The notes: a model not told the origin generated them from the letters alone. 62,270 nt of DNA from an uncultured Bdellovibrionales bacterium (GCA_964538685.1 CAZIFD010000004.1:1-62270); one strand, 5' to 3'; shown: positions 1-9,404, numbered from the stretch's first letter. A program made the numbers and translations.

Positions 1-50
1 ATTTTTCAGAAATCTTTGGTAAAGTAAGTTCGAGCTTGGTTGTATAGATA

Positions 51-187
51 CACCACTACAAAACAAAACGGCTTTTTGAGAGCCAATTCGTGGGCGGCAC
101 GCAGTGCCGCCCATTGGTTTTTGTGCGGGGAATCCTTGCCGCTCGGCGCGCTGACGCGCGCCTCGCGGTTGGCCAAAACGAGGTTCG
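51..187 (-). repeat. Left arm of perfect 137 bp inverted repeat bracketing LSR-1 (partner 1777-1913)
   Basis: caccactaca...gaggttcg (51-187) is the exact reverse complement of 1777-1913; identity stops 1 nt into the tRNA-Lys acceptor stem. Confidence 0.97.
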
Positions 188-247
188 CTCTTGTGCGATT
201 TTGAAATTCTGTCTGGTATTTGCTTTGCCCATAAAAAGAATTTTTGC
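188..247. other. Leader tiled by four short segments complementary to the LSR-1 CDS
   Basis: 188-202 rc=1716-1730; 203-214 rc=1031-1042; 216-231 rc=761-776 (1 mismatch); 233-247 rc=392-406. Confidence 0.9.
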
Positions 248-371
248 TATACTGAAGTTGCGACCAACCGAAACGAGAAGCCTTTTCTAGTGGCCGTCTC
301 GGAATCAATCAAGGTTTCTCTTGGTTGGTCGCACCGGGGCGGCCATTTGAGTTTTAACTTTTTCAAAAAAT

Positions 372-1973
372 ATGGACAAAGCAATACAACCGCAAAAATT
401 CTTTTTGTACGCCCGCAAGTCCACAGATGTGGAAGATAAACAAGTGAGGTCTATTGAAGATCAAGTCGCAGAATTGCGCGCCTATGCCAAACAAGAGGGG
501 TTAAATATTGTTGAAGTTTTTATCGAAAAGCAATCGGCCAAAATTCCAGGCAGGCCAATTTTTAACGAGATGTTGGATAGAATAGAGAAAGGTGAGGCAA
601 ACGGAATTTTGGCTTGGCACGCAGACAGATTGGCGCGCAATTCTGTGGACGGCGGGCGTATTATTTATCTTTTAGATACCGGAAAACTTGCGGCCCTGAA
701 GTTTCCAACTTTATGGTTTGAAAACACACCGCAAGGAAAATTTATGCTGAACATTATCTTTGGACAAAGCAAATACTATGTTGATTCGCTTGCCGAAAAT
801 ACAAAAAGAGGTTTACGCCAAAAAGTGAAACGCGGTGAATATCCGGGAGTTGCGCCTATTGGCTACATAAACGATGTTCGTACCAAATCAATCATCTTGG
901 ACAAAAAGAAAGCTCCAATTATTCGCCGCGCTTTTGAACTTTATTCACAGGGTGATAAACGGCTCGAAGATATCGCCGACTTTTTGGCACAAAACGGAAT
1001 CTTATCTTCCGGCGGCAAGCGAATCAAACGAGACAGAATTTCTTTTATCCTTTCAAATCCTTTTTACATCGGGTTGTTTAGATATGCCGGTGAAATTTAC
1101 GAAGGCAAACATCAGCCAATAGTCTCAAAGAAAACTTTTGATAAGGTGCAGGAAGTTTTGAAGCAAAGAGGACGACCGCGCCACAAAACCAAAAATCAAC
1201 CACAGCCATTTTGCGGTCTTTTGCGTTGCGGAACTTGCGGCATGATGATAACCGGCGAATACAGAATAAAAAGGCAGAAAAACGGCAATGTCCACGAATA
1301 TGTTTATTACCACTGCACCAAAAAGCGAAAAGATTTCAAATGCCCCGAGCCCTGTATCCGCCAAGAAGAATTAGATCGTCAGTTATCCTCTCTGCTTCAA
1401 AAATTTTCTTTGCCACCGGATTGGGCGGCGGAGATGAGAAAGATGTTGGAGAAAGACAAAGTGGAAGCCGCCCAATCCGCAACCGCTTTTGTTCAAGAAA
1501 CGCGGGAGAAAATCCGCACTATTCAAACGAAGCTCCAGCGACTTCTTGATGGCTATCTTGAACAAGACATTGAACGTGAAGTATATCTCACTGAAAAAGC
1601 CAAACTCCTTTCCGAAAAGAAGTCGCTGGAGGAGCAATCTTTCAATCTTGAACAAAAGCGGACTGGCTGGCTCGAACCGATGGCAGAATGGATAAAAGAG
1701 GCAGAAAACCTGCCTAAAATCGCACAAGAGAGCAACCTTTTTGCGAAAAAGGTTGCTTGCCGAACTTTGTTCGGCTCGAACCTCGTTTTGGCCAACCGCG
1801 AGGCGCGCGTCAGCGCGCCGAGCGGCAAGGATTCCCCGCACAAAAACCAATGGGCGGCACTGCGTGCCGCCCACGAATTGGCTCTCAAAAAGCCGTTTTG
1901 TTTTGTAGTGGTGCGCCCACCAGGACTCGAACCTGGGACCGTTTGCTTAAAAGGCAACTGCTCTACCAACTGA
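372..1973 (+). CDS. Large serine recombinase (resolvase + recombinase + Zn-ribbon + coiled coil), LSR-1
   Basis: YARKS catalytic Ser motif, DRLARN, CGTCG...YYHC zinc ribbon; last 19 codons are antisense tRNA-Lys (RPPGLEPGT...). Confidence 0.95.
   Translation: MDKAIQPQKFFLYARKSTDVEDKQVRSIEDQVAELRAYAKQEGLNIVEVFIEKQSAKIPGRPIFNEMLDRIEKGEANGILAWHADRLARNSVDGGRIIYLLDTGKLAALKFPTLWFENTPQGKFMLNIIFGQSKYYVDSLAENTKRGLRQKVKRGEYPGVAPIGYINDVRTKSIILDKKKAPIIRRAFELYSQGDKRLEDIADFLAQNGILSSGGKRIKRDRISFILSNPFYIGLFRYAGEIYEGKHQPIVSKKTFDKVQEVLKQRGRPRHKTKNQPQPFCGLLRCGTCGMMITGEYRIKRQKNGNVHEYVYYHCTKKRKDFKCPEPCIRQEELDRQLSSLLQKFSLPPDWAAEMRKMLEKDKVEAAQSATAFVQETREKIRTIQTKLQRLLDGYLEQDIEREVYLTEKAKLLSEKKSLEEQSFNLEQKRTGWLEPMAEWIKEAENLPKIAQESNLFAKKVACRTLFGSNLVLANREARVSAPSGKDSPHKNQWAALRAAHELALKKPFCFVVVRPPGLEPGTVCLKGNCSTN
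1777..1913 (+). repeat. Right arm of 137 bp inverted repeat, inside 3' end of LSR-1, ending at attL-like tRNA junction
   Basis: Exact reverse complement of 51-187; contains hairpins ggcgcgc-gtca-gcgcgcc and gggcggcac-tgc-gtgccgccc. Confidence 0.97.
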
Positions 1974-1984
1974 GCTATAGGCGC
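1909..1984 (-). tRNA. tRNA-Lys(TTT), with encoded CCA
   Basis: rc = GCGCCTA TA GCTC AGTTGGTA GAGC A GTTGC CTTTTAA GCAAA CGGTC CCAGG TTCGAGT CCTGG TGGGCGC A CCA; 76 nt cloverleaf. Confidence 0.96.
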
Positions 1985-2057
1985 ATATCAAAAATATCTT
2001 ACCAAAAAATTGCAACTCTGCCATTATAACACCGCTTTAGCGTTAGTCAACCCTCTT

Positions 2058-2558
2058 TTATCTATTAATCCTTTTTTGAATCAAAACCAAAAAAAATAAC
2101 GGTAAAATCATCCAAATAAAAGGCCAAAAAGAATCAGCTAAATATCCGTAAGCTGTTGGAGAAATAAAATTCAATGCTTCTTTTTTGGGAATAATTTCAA
2201 CAATCACACTTAAAATCAGAACTACTTCCAAAAAACTCATTGCAAAAATTCGCCCCAAATATCCTGCTCCCGAACCGGAAATATAAATTTCAAAAAGCTT
2301 TTCTCCAAAAAAAGTCATTCCGGCAATAATAGCCAAAAAAATTATCGCCAAATAAGTTGAACTGCTTATCCATTCATCAGGAATGACTCCCAAAATTGCC
2401 ACACCAACATAAATATTCGCCAACATTGTAACTAGGTGATGACGACCAACAAGCAATCCCAAAAGAAAACTGACTACTACAATGACAATCAAAAGTGTAA
2501 GATCTTGGGTTAGTTCTTTGGAAATCCCCAGAACAGAAAAAAGGGAATTTAAATTCAT
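2058..2558 (-). CDS. Hypothetical multi-pass membrane protein
   Basis: 166 aa ORF with about 5 hydrophobic segments, host-like composition. Confidence 0.75.
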   Translation of the reverse strand: MNLNSLFSVLGISKELTQDLTLLIVIVVVSFLLGLLVGRHHLVTMLANIYVGVAILGVIPDEWISSSTYLAIIFLAIIAGMTFFGEKLFEIYISGSGAGYLGRIFAMSFLEVVLILSVIVEIIPKKEALNFISPTAYGYLADSFWPFIWMILPLFFLVLIQKRINR

Positions 2559-2864
2559 TTATTTTGATTTTTATTTTTTACCTCTAAAGTATAATAAAAA
2601 AAATTCTGTTTGTCATTAATATGAAGACTTGGTTCTAAAAAAATAAACCCCCCTCCGCAAAAAGCGAGGGGGGGGAGGATCTGGTGGGTTTACCACCAGA
2701 AGAAAAACAACCTTTTCAACGCCATCCCCAAGGCGTTATCTATTTTTTTCGCGATTCTGTCTATTTTTCCCATTTTTCTTTTTCCCTTTCTCTCGGTTTT
2801 TTTATTTGACCCCATATTGTATCATAAAAATATATTTTTGTCAAATAAAATATTGATTCGTGGC

Positions 2865-3968
2865 TTATATTCCCTCTTTTTTTAATTCTTCTAAGAGTTG
2901 TTTTTGTCTGCGACTGAGTTTTTTGGGAGTCGCAATTCTAACCTTCACCAAATGATTGCCTTGTCCCCGACCGTGAAGATCCGGAACTCCCTGATTCTTA
3001 ATCCGAAAGATCTCTCCCGATTGAGTTCCTGCTGGAATTTTAAGAACCAATTTTTCAAAAATTGTTTCAACTTCAATTTTTCCGCCCAGCGTTGCCAAGG
3101 AAAATGAAATTTCTTCTTCGCTCAAAATATCCAAATCTTTCCGAGAAAATTTCGGATGAGCTTTCACTCGAATATTAACATACAAATCCCCGTTGGATGC
3201 TCCTTTTGCCCCGGCTTCTCCGGCACCTTGAATGGAAATTGTTTGCCCATTCTGAATTCCAGCCGGAATTTTAATTCTGATTTTCTCTTCTTTTTTAAAT
3301 CGTCCGTCTCCACCGCACTGAGAACATTTTTTTTCATACACTTCGCCCGTTCCGGAACACTCCGAACATTCAACCACTTGAGAAAAATTACCAAAAAAAC
3401 TACGGCTGGTTTTTTGAATCCGTCCTTTTCCTTGACAAGTCGGACAAGTTTTTTTGCGAGTACCTGCTTCCCCTCCAGTTCCGCCACATTTATCACAAAC
3501 AACTGTTTTATACAAACTGATTTCTCTTTCTGCTCCTTTGGCCATTTCCGAAAAATCTATTACAACATCAACTTGAATATCCGCCCCTCGTTTTTGTTGA
3601 CTACTTCCTCTGCCTCCACCAAAAATATCGGAAAAAATATCGGAAAAATCAGAACCTCCGAAATTAAATTCAAATCCGCCCGAATTTTGTCCGCCAAATC
3701 CTTGAAATCCGGAAAAATCAAAGCCACCAAAACCTTGACTGCCTTGCCCAGAAGATCCTTGAAATGTTTGTCCAAATTGATCGTACTGAGCCCGCTTAGT
3801 TTTGTCGGACAATATTTGATAAGCTTCGTTTATTTCTTTAAATTTCGCTTCGTCTCCGCCCTGCTTATCCGGATGATATTTGTGAGCCAATTTTCTGTAG
3901 GCCTTTTTGATTTCATCATCGGTTGATCCTTTGGAAACACCTAAAATTTCATAATAATCGCGCGCCAT
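2865..3968 (-). CDS. dnaJ: Chaperone DnaJ
   Basis: J-domain HPD motif, G/F-rich linker, four CxxCxGxG repeats. Confidence 0.98.
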   Translation of the reverse strand: MARDYYEILGVSKGSTDDEIKKAYRKLAHKYHPDKQGGDEAKFKEINEAYQILSDKTKRAQYDQFGQTFQGSSGQGSQGFGGFDFSGFQGFGGQNSGGFEFNFGGSDFSDIFSDIFGGGRGSSQQKRGADIQVDVVIDFSEMAKGAEREISLYKTVVCDKCGGTGGEAGTRKKTCPTCQGKGRIQKTSRSFFGNFSQVVECSECSGTGEVYEKKCSQCGGDGRFKKEEKIRIKIPAGIQNGQTISIQGAGEAGAKGASNGDLYVNIRVKAHPKFSRKDLDILSEEEISFSLATLGGKIEVETIFEKLVLKIPAGTQSGEIFRIKNQGVPDLHGRGQGNHLVKVRIATPKKLSRRQKQLLEELKKEGI

Positions 3969-4015
3969 AATACAATTAACTAATTTATAATATGCTTATT
4001 TCTTTGTGGAATATT

Positions 4016-4042
4016 TGTCATTCCCGCAAAAGCGAGAACCCG
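4016..4042. repeat. REP/dRS3-like palindrome (GTCATTCCCG...GGGAAT family), degenerate
   Basis: tgtcattcccgcaaaagcgagaacc; same family at 7526, 8485, 9258, 9308, 10701. Confidence 0.65.
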
Positions 4043-4091
4043 TCCAATTATTAAAAATTCTCCTTGGATATTCTAACACTAAATAAAAAAA

Positions 4092-4118
4092 TTAGCAATC
4101 CCAAACCTTGAGTGCTAA
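4092..4118. promoter_or_regulatory. CIRCE operator (HrcA site) upstream of dnaJ
   Basis: TTAGCAATC-N9-GAGTGCTAA, one mismatch from TTAGCACTC-N9-GAGTGCTAA. Confidence 0.9.
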
Positions 4119-4133
4119 TTAGGATAATTTCTT

Positions 4134-5129
4134 CTATTCAATTATTTCCATTTCAACCGGAATTTTCCCAATTTCAATTAATCGTGTCTTACAAAAAATC
4201 CAAAATAGGAAATGAACCAAATAAACAAGCATTCTGGACAAAAGCGAACCCAGCGATAGCAAGGTTAAGAAAAGAATCACAGTCAAAACTGCCGAAATCA
4301 GTTCGCCTTTCAATTCAAAGTCATCACTCGGCAGAAAAAAATTATTAATTCGGAAATTCACCGCTTCAGAAAAAACATCCGCCACCTTTTCTTTTCCACT
4401 CAAGGTTTGACCGGAAATTTCTTCCAATTGTTCTCGTCCCGAAGCTAATATCTCGTCTCTTTTCAGTTCTTCTGTCTGATAAATTATTTCCATTTCACCA
4501 CTACTTTGTTCAATTGATTGATTTTTCAAGTATTCATTCCGATTTTTTTCATAATTTTTCCAAATGAATTCATCAACTGTCAAATTTTCATCGTCCATAT
4601 TTTCAAAACCGGGAGCAATTTCCGAAAGTGTTTTTTTCGTCCAAGAAGAAGAAATTATTTGTGAAAAATTAAACTCCGGAACCAATTCGGAAATTCCTCG
4701 CTCTTTTGACTGAAAAAAATATTGTCCGCAAACCAATAAAGCGAAAACTAAAATCAAAACCGATCTTCCCAAACGAAGAGTTTTGGTTGCATTGATCCGT
4801 AAATTATCTTCCAAATCAGCTTTGATTTTCCAAATGGAAAGAAAGAGCAATAAAATTCCTAAGAACACCAACAAAACATACAGCCAATCAAAGAAAAATA
4901 AAAGTGAAGTTAATACGACTATTGTTCCCGTAACATTTGGCCAAATGGACCGAGAAAAAATTATTGACAGAAGGGAAAATAAAACATACAAGCAAGAAAA
5001 CCAAACAACAGAAATAACCCAATTTTCGGACTCGCTGGAAGAAATCACTTTGTCAATGGAAAACCAAAAAGCGATTGCTGAAAATATGGAAAAAATAATT
5101 AAAAAAAATAATAAACCTTGCTTTTTCAT
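4134..5129 (-). CDS. Hypothetical membrane protein
   Basis: 331 aa, N-terminal TM cluster, soluble middle, C-terminal TM helix. Confidence 0.8.
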   Translation of the reverse strand: MKKQGLLFFLIIFSIFSAIAFWFSIDKVISSSESENWVISVVWFSCLYVLFSLLSIIFSRSIWPNVTGTIVVLTSLLFFFDWLYVLLVFLGILLLFLSIWKIKADLEDNLRINATKTLRLGRSVLILVFALLVCGQYFFQSKERGISELVPEFNFSQIISSSWTKKTLSEIAPGFENMDDENLTVDEFIWKNYEKNRNEYLKNQSIEQSSGEMEIIYQTEELKRDEILASGREQLEEISGQTLSGKEKVADVFSEAVNFRINNFFLPSDDFELKGELISAVLTVILFLTLLSLGSLLSRMLVYLVHFLFWIFCKTRLIEIGKIPVEMEIIE

Positions 5130-5224
5130 TTTTTATAAAATTTAACTTTATTCTAACAAATAAAAACAGGAAAAGAAAACAGGGAGACGGGGCTCTGCCC
5201 CGTTCTCCCTACTATAATACTCAT

Positions 5225-5413
5225 TCATGCCCGAGCCTCCTTTGTGGCAATAAAAAACAATTCCCTCATGCCCGGTATGGCCCAAGGCACAACAGGGAAA
5301 CCACTCTTTGAAATGTATCCATTTATCTCAACAATTATTCTTCCATCCTTAGTGTCCCAAATTATATTACCATTCAATTCTGAGTCCAACGGAAAGACAA
5401 TTATTTCACTCAT
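5225..5413 (-). CDS. Small hypothetical protein
   Basis: 62 aa ORF with GGGAG upstream and a GC-rich hairpin (5182-5209) downstream. Confidence 0.4.
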   Translation of the reverse strand: MSEIIVFPLDSELNGNIIWDTKDGRIIVEINGYISKSGFPVVPWAIPGMRELFFIATKEARA

Positions 5414-5473
5414 TTCATTGCTCCCTTTTGAGTTTCCAATAATCTAGCTCTTTTTCTATAAACAGTCAATAGC

Positions 5474-5506
5474 AAAAGCGGTCCGCTAATGAAACGGACC
5501 GCTTTT
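5474..5506 (-). terminator. Intrinsic terminator after dnaK
   Basis: aaaagcggtccg-ctaatgaaa-cggaccgctttt stem-loop with A/T tails. Confidence 0.8.
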
Positions 5507-5515
5507 AAAAATTGT

Positions 5516-7456
5516 TTATTTTTTATCTTCTTCCGAAGAAATATCCTCCTTTTTTTCCGTCTCAGCATCTTTCACCTCTCCTTCCTTCGGCTGTTCACCG
5601 GCTGAAGGTGCTTCTTGTTCATTTTTCTGTCCGCTTTGAGCAGAAGCAGTCTGAGCCGCTTCATAAAGTTTTTGTCCGATCTTTTGAGCTTCTTGAGAAA
5701 GTTCGTCAGAAGCTTTTTTAATCGCTTCTATATCATCTCCGTCTTTAACTTTCTTAAGCGCTTCAATCTTTTCTTCAACCGGTTTTTTTTCGTCAGCTGT
5801 AATTTTATCACCCGCTTCCTTCAAAGCTTTTTCAGTAGTGAAAACAAGAGTATCAGCCATATTTTTCGCTTCAACCGCTTCTTTTTTCTTTTTGTCTTCC
5901 TCTGCATGAGCTTCAGCATCTTGCTTCATTTTTTCTATTTCTTCTTTGGAAAGTCCGCTTGAAGCTTCAATGCGAATAGATTGCTCTTTACCTGTCGCTT
6001 TGTCCTTGGCTTTCACCGACAAAATTCCATTGGCGTCAATGTCAAAAGAAACTTCCACTTGAGGAATTCCTCTTGGAGCTGGTGGAATACCATCCAAAAT
6101 AAATCTTCCCAAAGTCTTATTGTCGGCCGCCATTTCTCTTTCCCCTTGAAGTACATGAATTTCAACTGAAGACTGATTGTCAGCTGCAGTGGAAAAGATT
6201 TGGGATTTGGAAGCTGGAATGGTGGTGTTCCGATCAATGAGAGGAGTTCTCACACCACCCATAGTTTCAATTCCGAGCGTTAGCGGAGTAACATCCAAAA
6301 GCAAAACATCCTTGACATCGCCTTGTAAAACTCCACCTTGAATAGCTGCGCCAAGTGCCACTACTTCGTCCGGATTGACACTGGCATTTGGTTTTTTACC
6401 AAAAAATTCTTCCACTTTCTTTTGTACCAATGGCATTCTGGTCATTCCTCCAACCATCACCACTTCATTTATGTCTCCAGTGGAAAGTTTGGCATCTGCA
6501 AGAGCTTTTTTGCAAGGTTCAATAGATTTTTCAACTAAATCCATTACCAACTCTTCCAATTTTGCCCTAGTAAGTTTCATTACCAAATGCTTAGGACCAT
6601 CAACTCCAGAAGTTATAAAAGGCTGATTAATTTCCGTCTCCATTGCTGTTGAAAGTTCAATTTTGGCCTTTTCAGCTGATTCCTTAATTCTCTGAAGGGC
6701 CAGTGAATCCTTGGAAAGATCAACTCCTTCCTGTTTTTTAAATTCATCAAGAATCCAATTAATTACTCGCTCGTCAAAATCATCTCCACCCAAAAAGGTG
6801 TCTCCGTTGGTGGATTTCACTTCTACCGTATCTCCTCCAACCTCAAGAATTGAGATATCAAAAGTTCCACCTCCAAGGTCATAAACAGCAATTTTTTCGT
6901 CATTTTTCTTATTGAATCCATAAGCTAGAGCGGCAGCTGTTGGTTCATTAATAATTCGTCGCACCTTGAGTCCGGCAATCTCTCCGGCATCTTTGGTGGC
7001 TTTTCTTTGTGAATCGTCAAAATAAGCTGGCACTGTGATTACTGCTTCTTCAATTTTTTCCCCCAATTTTTCTTCTGCATCCGCTTTTAACTTCTGAAGT
7101 ACCATAGCAGATATTTCAGCCGGTCTATATTCTTTTCCGTCCATTACAATATTCACTGAACCATTATTTCCTTCTTTCACTTCAAAAGGGAAAGTTTTGA
7201 TGGATTTTTGAACTTCTGGATCACTAAATTTGCGACCAATTAGACGCTTAGCCGAAAAAATAGTGTTTCCCGGATTGGTAACCGCTTGCCTTTTAGCCAG
7301 AAGCCCCACCAATCTTTCTCCGTTTTTGGAAATAGCTACAATGGAAGGTGTAGTTCTGTTTCCCTCTTTGTTTTCAACTATATTAGGACTACCACCTTCA
7401 ACCACAGACATAGCCGAGTTGGTAGTTCCAAGATCAATTCCGAGTATTTTACTCAT
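5516..7456 (-). CDS. dnaK: Chaperone DnaK
   Basis: [23 protein letters not shown] Hsp70 signatures. Confidence 0.99.
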   Translation of the reverse strand: MSKILGIDLGTTNSAMSVVEGGSPNIVENKEGNRTTPSIVAISKNGERLVGLLAKRQAVTNPGNTIFSAKRLIGRKFSDPEVQKSIKTFPFEVKEGNNGSVNIVMDGKEYRPAEISAMVLQKLKADAEEKLGEKIEEAVITVPAYFDDSQRKATKDAGEIAGLKVRRIINEPTAAALAYGFNKKNDEKIAVYDLGGGTFDISILEVGGDTVEVKSTNGDTFLGGDDFDERVINWILDEFKKQEGVDLSKDSLALQRIKESAEKAKIELSTAMETEINQPFITSGVDGPKHLVMKLTRAKLEELVMDLVEKSIEPCKKALADAKLSTGDINEVVMVGGMTRMPLVQKKVEEFFGKKPNASVNPDEVVALGAAIQGGVLQGDVKDVLLLDVTPLTLGIETMGGVRTPLIDRNTTIPASKSQIFSTAADNQSSVEIHVLQGEREMAADNKTLGRFILDGIPPAPRGIPQVEVSFDIDANGILSVKAKDKATGKEQSIRIEASSGLSKEEIEKMKQDAEAHAEEDKKKKEAVEAKNMADTLVFTTEKALKEAGDKITADEKKPVEEKIEALKKVKDGDDIEAIKKASDELSQEAQKIGQKLYEAAQTASAQSGQKNEQEAPSAGEQPKEGEVKDAETEKKEDISSEEDKK

Positions 7457-7525
7457 AATATTTGAGCGATATATAACACCATTTGATGTAATATCCGCTT
7501 GATTAAATTAATTTGCTAGCTATTT

Positions 7526-7596
7526 TGTCATTCCTGACCTGATTGGGAATCCAGTCAATAATTTTTTGTATGAATTCCGCTTTCGCAAGAATGATA
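7526..7596. repeat. Inverted pair of REP-like palindromes between grpE and dnaK
   Basis: tgtcattcctgacctgattgggaatccag ... tgaattccgctttcgcaagaatgata. Confidence 0.7.
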
Positions 7597-7599
7597 CCT

Positions 7600-8478
7600 T
7601 TATTTCACTATCACTTTCACCGCCCGAATCACTCTGTCTCCAATCTTATATCCTTTCTGCGCAATTTTAGTGATTTTGTTATTATTTTCTGTATCCTTAT
7701 TCGCTTCTTTCGTGTCTATTTCCAAAGCTTCATGAATCTCCGGATTGAATTCATCTCCCACTTTTGTTTCTATCTCCATTACGCTATTTTCTTTCAAAAT
7801 ATTTTCAAGTTGCGTTTTAATGTGATTAATTCCAACCACCCAAGCTCCGTCTTTTTCTTTTTCCGGAACATGAAGAAGCGAAGCTTCAAAATTATCCACA
7901 ACCGGCAGAATTTCTAAAATAATTCTTTCTTTGGAAAATTGTTCAGCTTTTCTTTGAACTTCCAGCTGTCTTTTCTTATAGTTTTCAAAATCAGCTAGAC
8001 ATCGCTGCCAACCGGATAAATATTCATCTTTCTTTTTTTCTTCTAAATATCTTTCAATAATCGTTTTGGTGCCAATAGCAATGTCCATCTTGAACGCTCC
8101 TTCCGGATCCACCCAAACAAATTCGTCTTTCAAATATTCTTTTTCATCTAAATTTATTGCGTCTTTTTCCCCCTCATAACGACACAAAAAATCTGCAAAA
8201 ATAATATGTTTCTTTTCGGCAAGATCTTCTTGAAAAACGCTGTCTGAAAATCCGATTTTCTTTTCAATCAAAACTTCAATTCCGGCTTCTTTTTTTATTT
8301 CCCGAAGAATCACCTTTTCAAGAGTTTCTCCGAGCTCAATATTTCCTTCAAAAACAGTATATTTCTCATGGCACTTTTGATTTTTAGCCAACAAAATGAG
8401 CCCGTCTTGATTCATAATAAGCGCCCTTGCAATAACTTCAGGATGCGCACTTCTTTTAATTTCTTTTTTATTTTCCAT
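7600..8478 (-). CDS. grpE: NUDIX-like domain fused to nucleotide exchange factor GrpE
   Basis: N-term G-x5-E-x7-REIKKEAG (degenerate Nudix box); C-term GrpE motifs RCLADFENYKKR, LPVVDNFE, FNPEIHEA, GYKIGDRVIRAVKV. Confidence 0.9.
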   Translation of the reverse strand: MENKKEIKRSAHPEVIARALIMNQDGLILLAKNQKCHEKYTVFEGNIELGETLEKVILREIKKEAGIEVLIEKKIGFSDSVFQEDLAEKKHIIFADFLCRYEGEKDAINLDEKEYLKDEFVWVDPEGAFKMDIAIGTKTIIERYLEEKKKDEYLSGWQRCLADFENYKKRQLEVQRKAEQFSKERIILEILPVVDNFEASLLHVPEKEKDGAWVVGINHIKTQLENILKENSVMEIETKVGDEFNPEIHEALEIDTKEANKDTENNNKITKIAQKGYKIGDRVIRAVKVIVK

Positions 8479-8484
8479 GATTTA

Positions 8485-8514
8485 TGTTGCCATTCCCGAT
8501 TTGGGAAGATGACA
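8485..8514. repeat. Degenerate REP-like palindrome between hrcA and grpE
   Basis: tgttgccattcccgatttgggaagatgaca. Confidence 0.5.
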
Positions 8515-9252
8515 TTAAATAATATTTATAAAAATCACGACTCCCAAACTTCCGCCCAAAATTCCTTTCACAAATTCCAAAAGTGATTTATTTTTGGCGT
8601 ATTCCATTCTTTTGGGGCCAATAAGAGCTAAAATAGCCTTTTCCCCTTCTTTGTTTTTATAAGGAGAAACAACCATTGAACAATTGGAAATTTCTTTAAT
8701 TGGATTTTCTTTACCAATAAAAATTTGGGTTTTCCCCTCTTGAACTTTAGCGAAAATCTTATCAATATTCTCATCAATATAATCCAAAACTTCCACTATT
8801 CGGCAAAATTCATCTCTTTCTGAAAATTCTGGATTACTTAAAAGTTCCCGAATCCCGAAATCATAAACCTCTTTCTCGGTTCCAGTAATCGCCAAACTAC
8901 CACTAAAATTGGAAAGAACCTTGGCCATCGTCCGACTCATTCGTGATTGCTGGGCTTTGAGTTTTAGAAATTCGGTTTGTAGTTTTTTCTGTTCCGAAAA
9001 AGAAAGCACTTTGTCTTCCATAATCTCTTCCACGAAGTAGCGATAACCTTTGTCCGTCGGAATCCGTCCAGCGCTCGTATGAGGCTGAAAAAGAAATCCG
9101 ACCGCTTCCAAGTCCGCCATATCATTTCTAATAGTCGCTGAAGAAGCTTTGATGTGGTATTTTTCCACTAAAACCTTTGAACCGACCGGCTCAGCCGAAT
9201 CGGTATATTCTTTAATAACTGCCCCTAAAATTTTTCTTTGTCTTTCATTCAT
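8515..9252 (-). CDS. hrcA: Heat-inducible transcription repressor HrcA (short, 245 aa)
   Basis: EPVGSK, SSATIRNDMADLE, QPHTSAGRIPTDKGYR, IGPKRMEY; CIRCE upstream. Confidence 0.95.
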   Translation of the reverse strand: MNERQRKILGAVIKEYTDSAEPVGSKVLVEKYHIKASSATIRNDMADLEAVGFLFQPHTSAGRIPTDKGYRYFVEEIMEDKVLSFSEQKKLQTEFLKLKAQQSRMSRTMAKVLSNFSGSLAITGTEKEVYDFGIRELLSNPEFSERDEFCRIVEVLDYIDENIDKIFAKVQEGKTQIFIGKENPIKEISNCSMVVSPYKNKEGEKAILALIGPKRMEYAKNKSLLEFVKGILGGSLGVVIFINII

Positions 9253-9257
9253 CAGAT

Positions 9258-9335
9258 TGTCATTCCCGACCTGATCGGGAATCTAGTCATTAAGCTAAGC
9301 TATTTCGCTGGATTCCCGCTTACGCGGGAATGACA
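9258..9335. repeat. Inverted pair of REP/dRS3-like palindromes in hrcA leader
   Basis: tgtcattcccgacctgatcgggaatctag ... ctggattcccgcttacgcgggaatgaca (ATTCCC-N8-GGGAAT core). Confidence 0.8.
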
Positions 9336-9362
9336 GGAACAAACATTTTCATTACTGAAACC

Positions 9363-9404
9363 ATTATAAACAATAATTTAGCACTCGTCAAGCCTGAGTG
9401 CTAA
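9363..9404 (-). promoter_or_regulatory. sigma70 promoter overlapped by perfect CIRCE
   Basis: TTAGCACTC-gtcaagcct-GAGTGCTAA at 9378-9404; minus-strand TTGACG (9386-9391), 17 bp, TATAAT (9363-9368). Confidence 0.93.

Noticed and set aside
6-308. 100 aa minus-strand ORF sharing sequence with the LSR-1 C-terminus
   Set aside because: It is the read-through of the inverted repeat and clamps, with no credible start. Only the tail after the crossover (YLYNQARTYFTKDF) is treated as meaningful.
258-331. ttgcgacca (258-266) matches the element-2 att region (60381-60389) and lies in an imperfect hairpin 260-331
   Set aside because: Only 9 bp with no flanking similarity; may be chance. The hairpin itself is real but I cannot assign a role.
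51-1913. Inverted repeats as MDA or assembly fold-back chimeras
   Set aside because: Not favoured: chimeras would not give ordered short clamps at homologous codons, in-frame alternative tails, or diverged cassette-specific arms. It cannot be fully excluded without raw reads.
3156-3926. Long antisense ORFs over dnaJ, alaS (24161-25117), rpsK and others
   Set aside because: Shadow frames of well-supported genes with no motifs.
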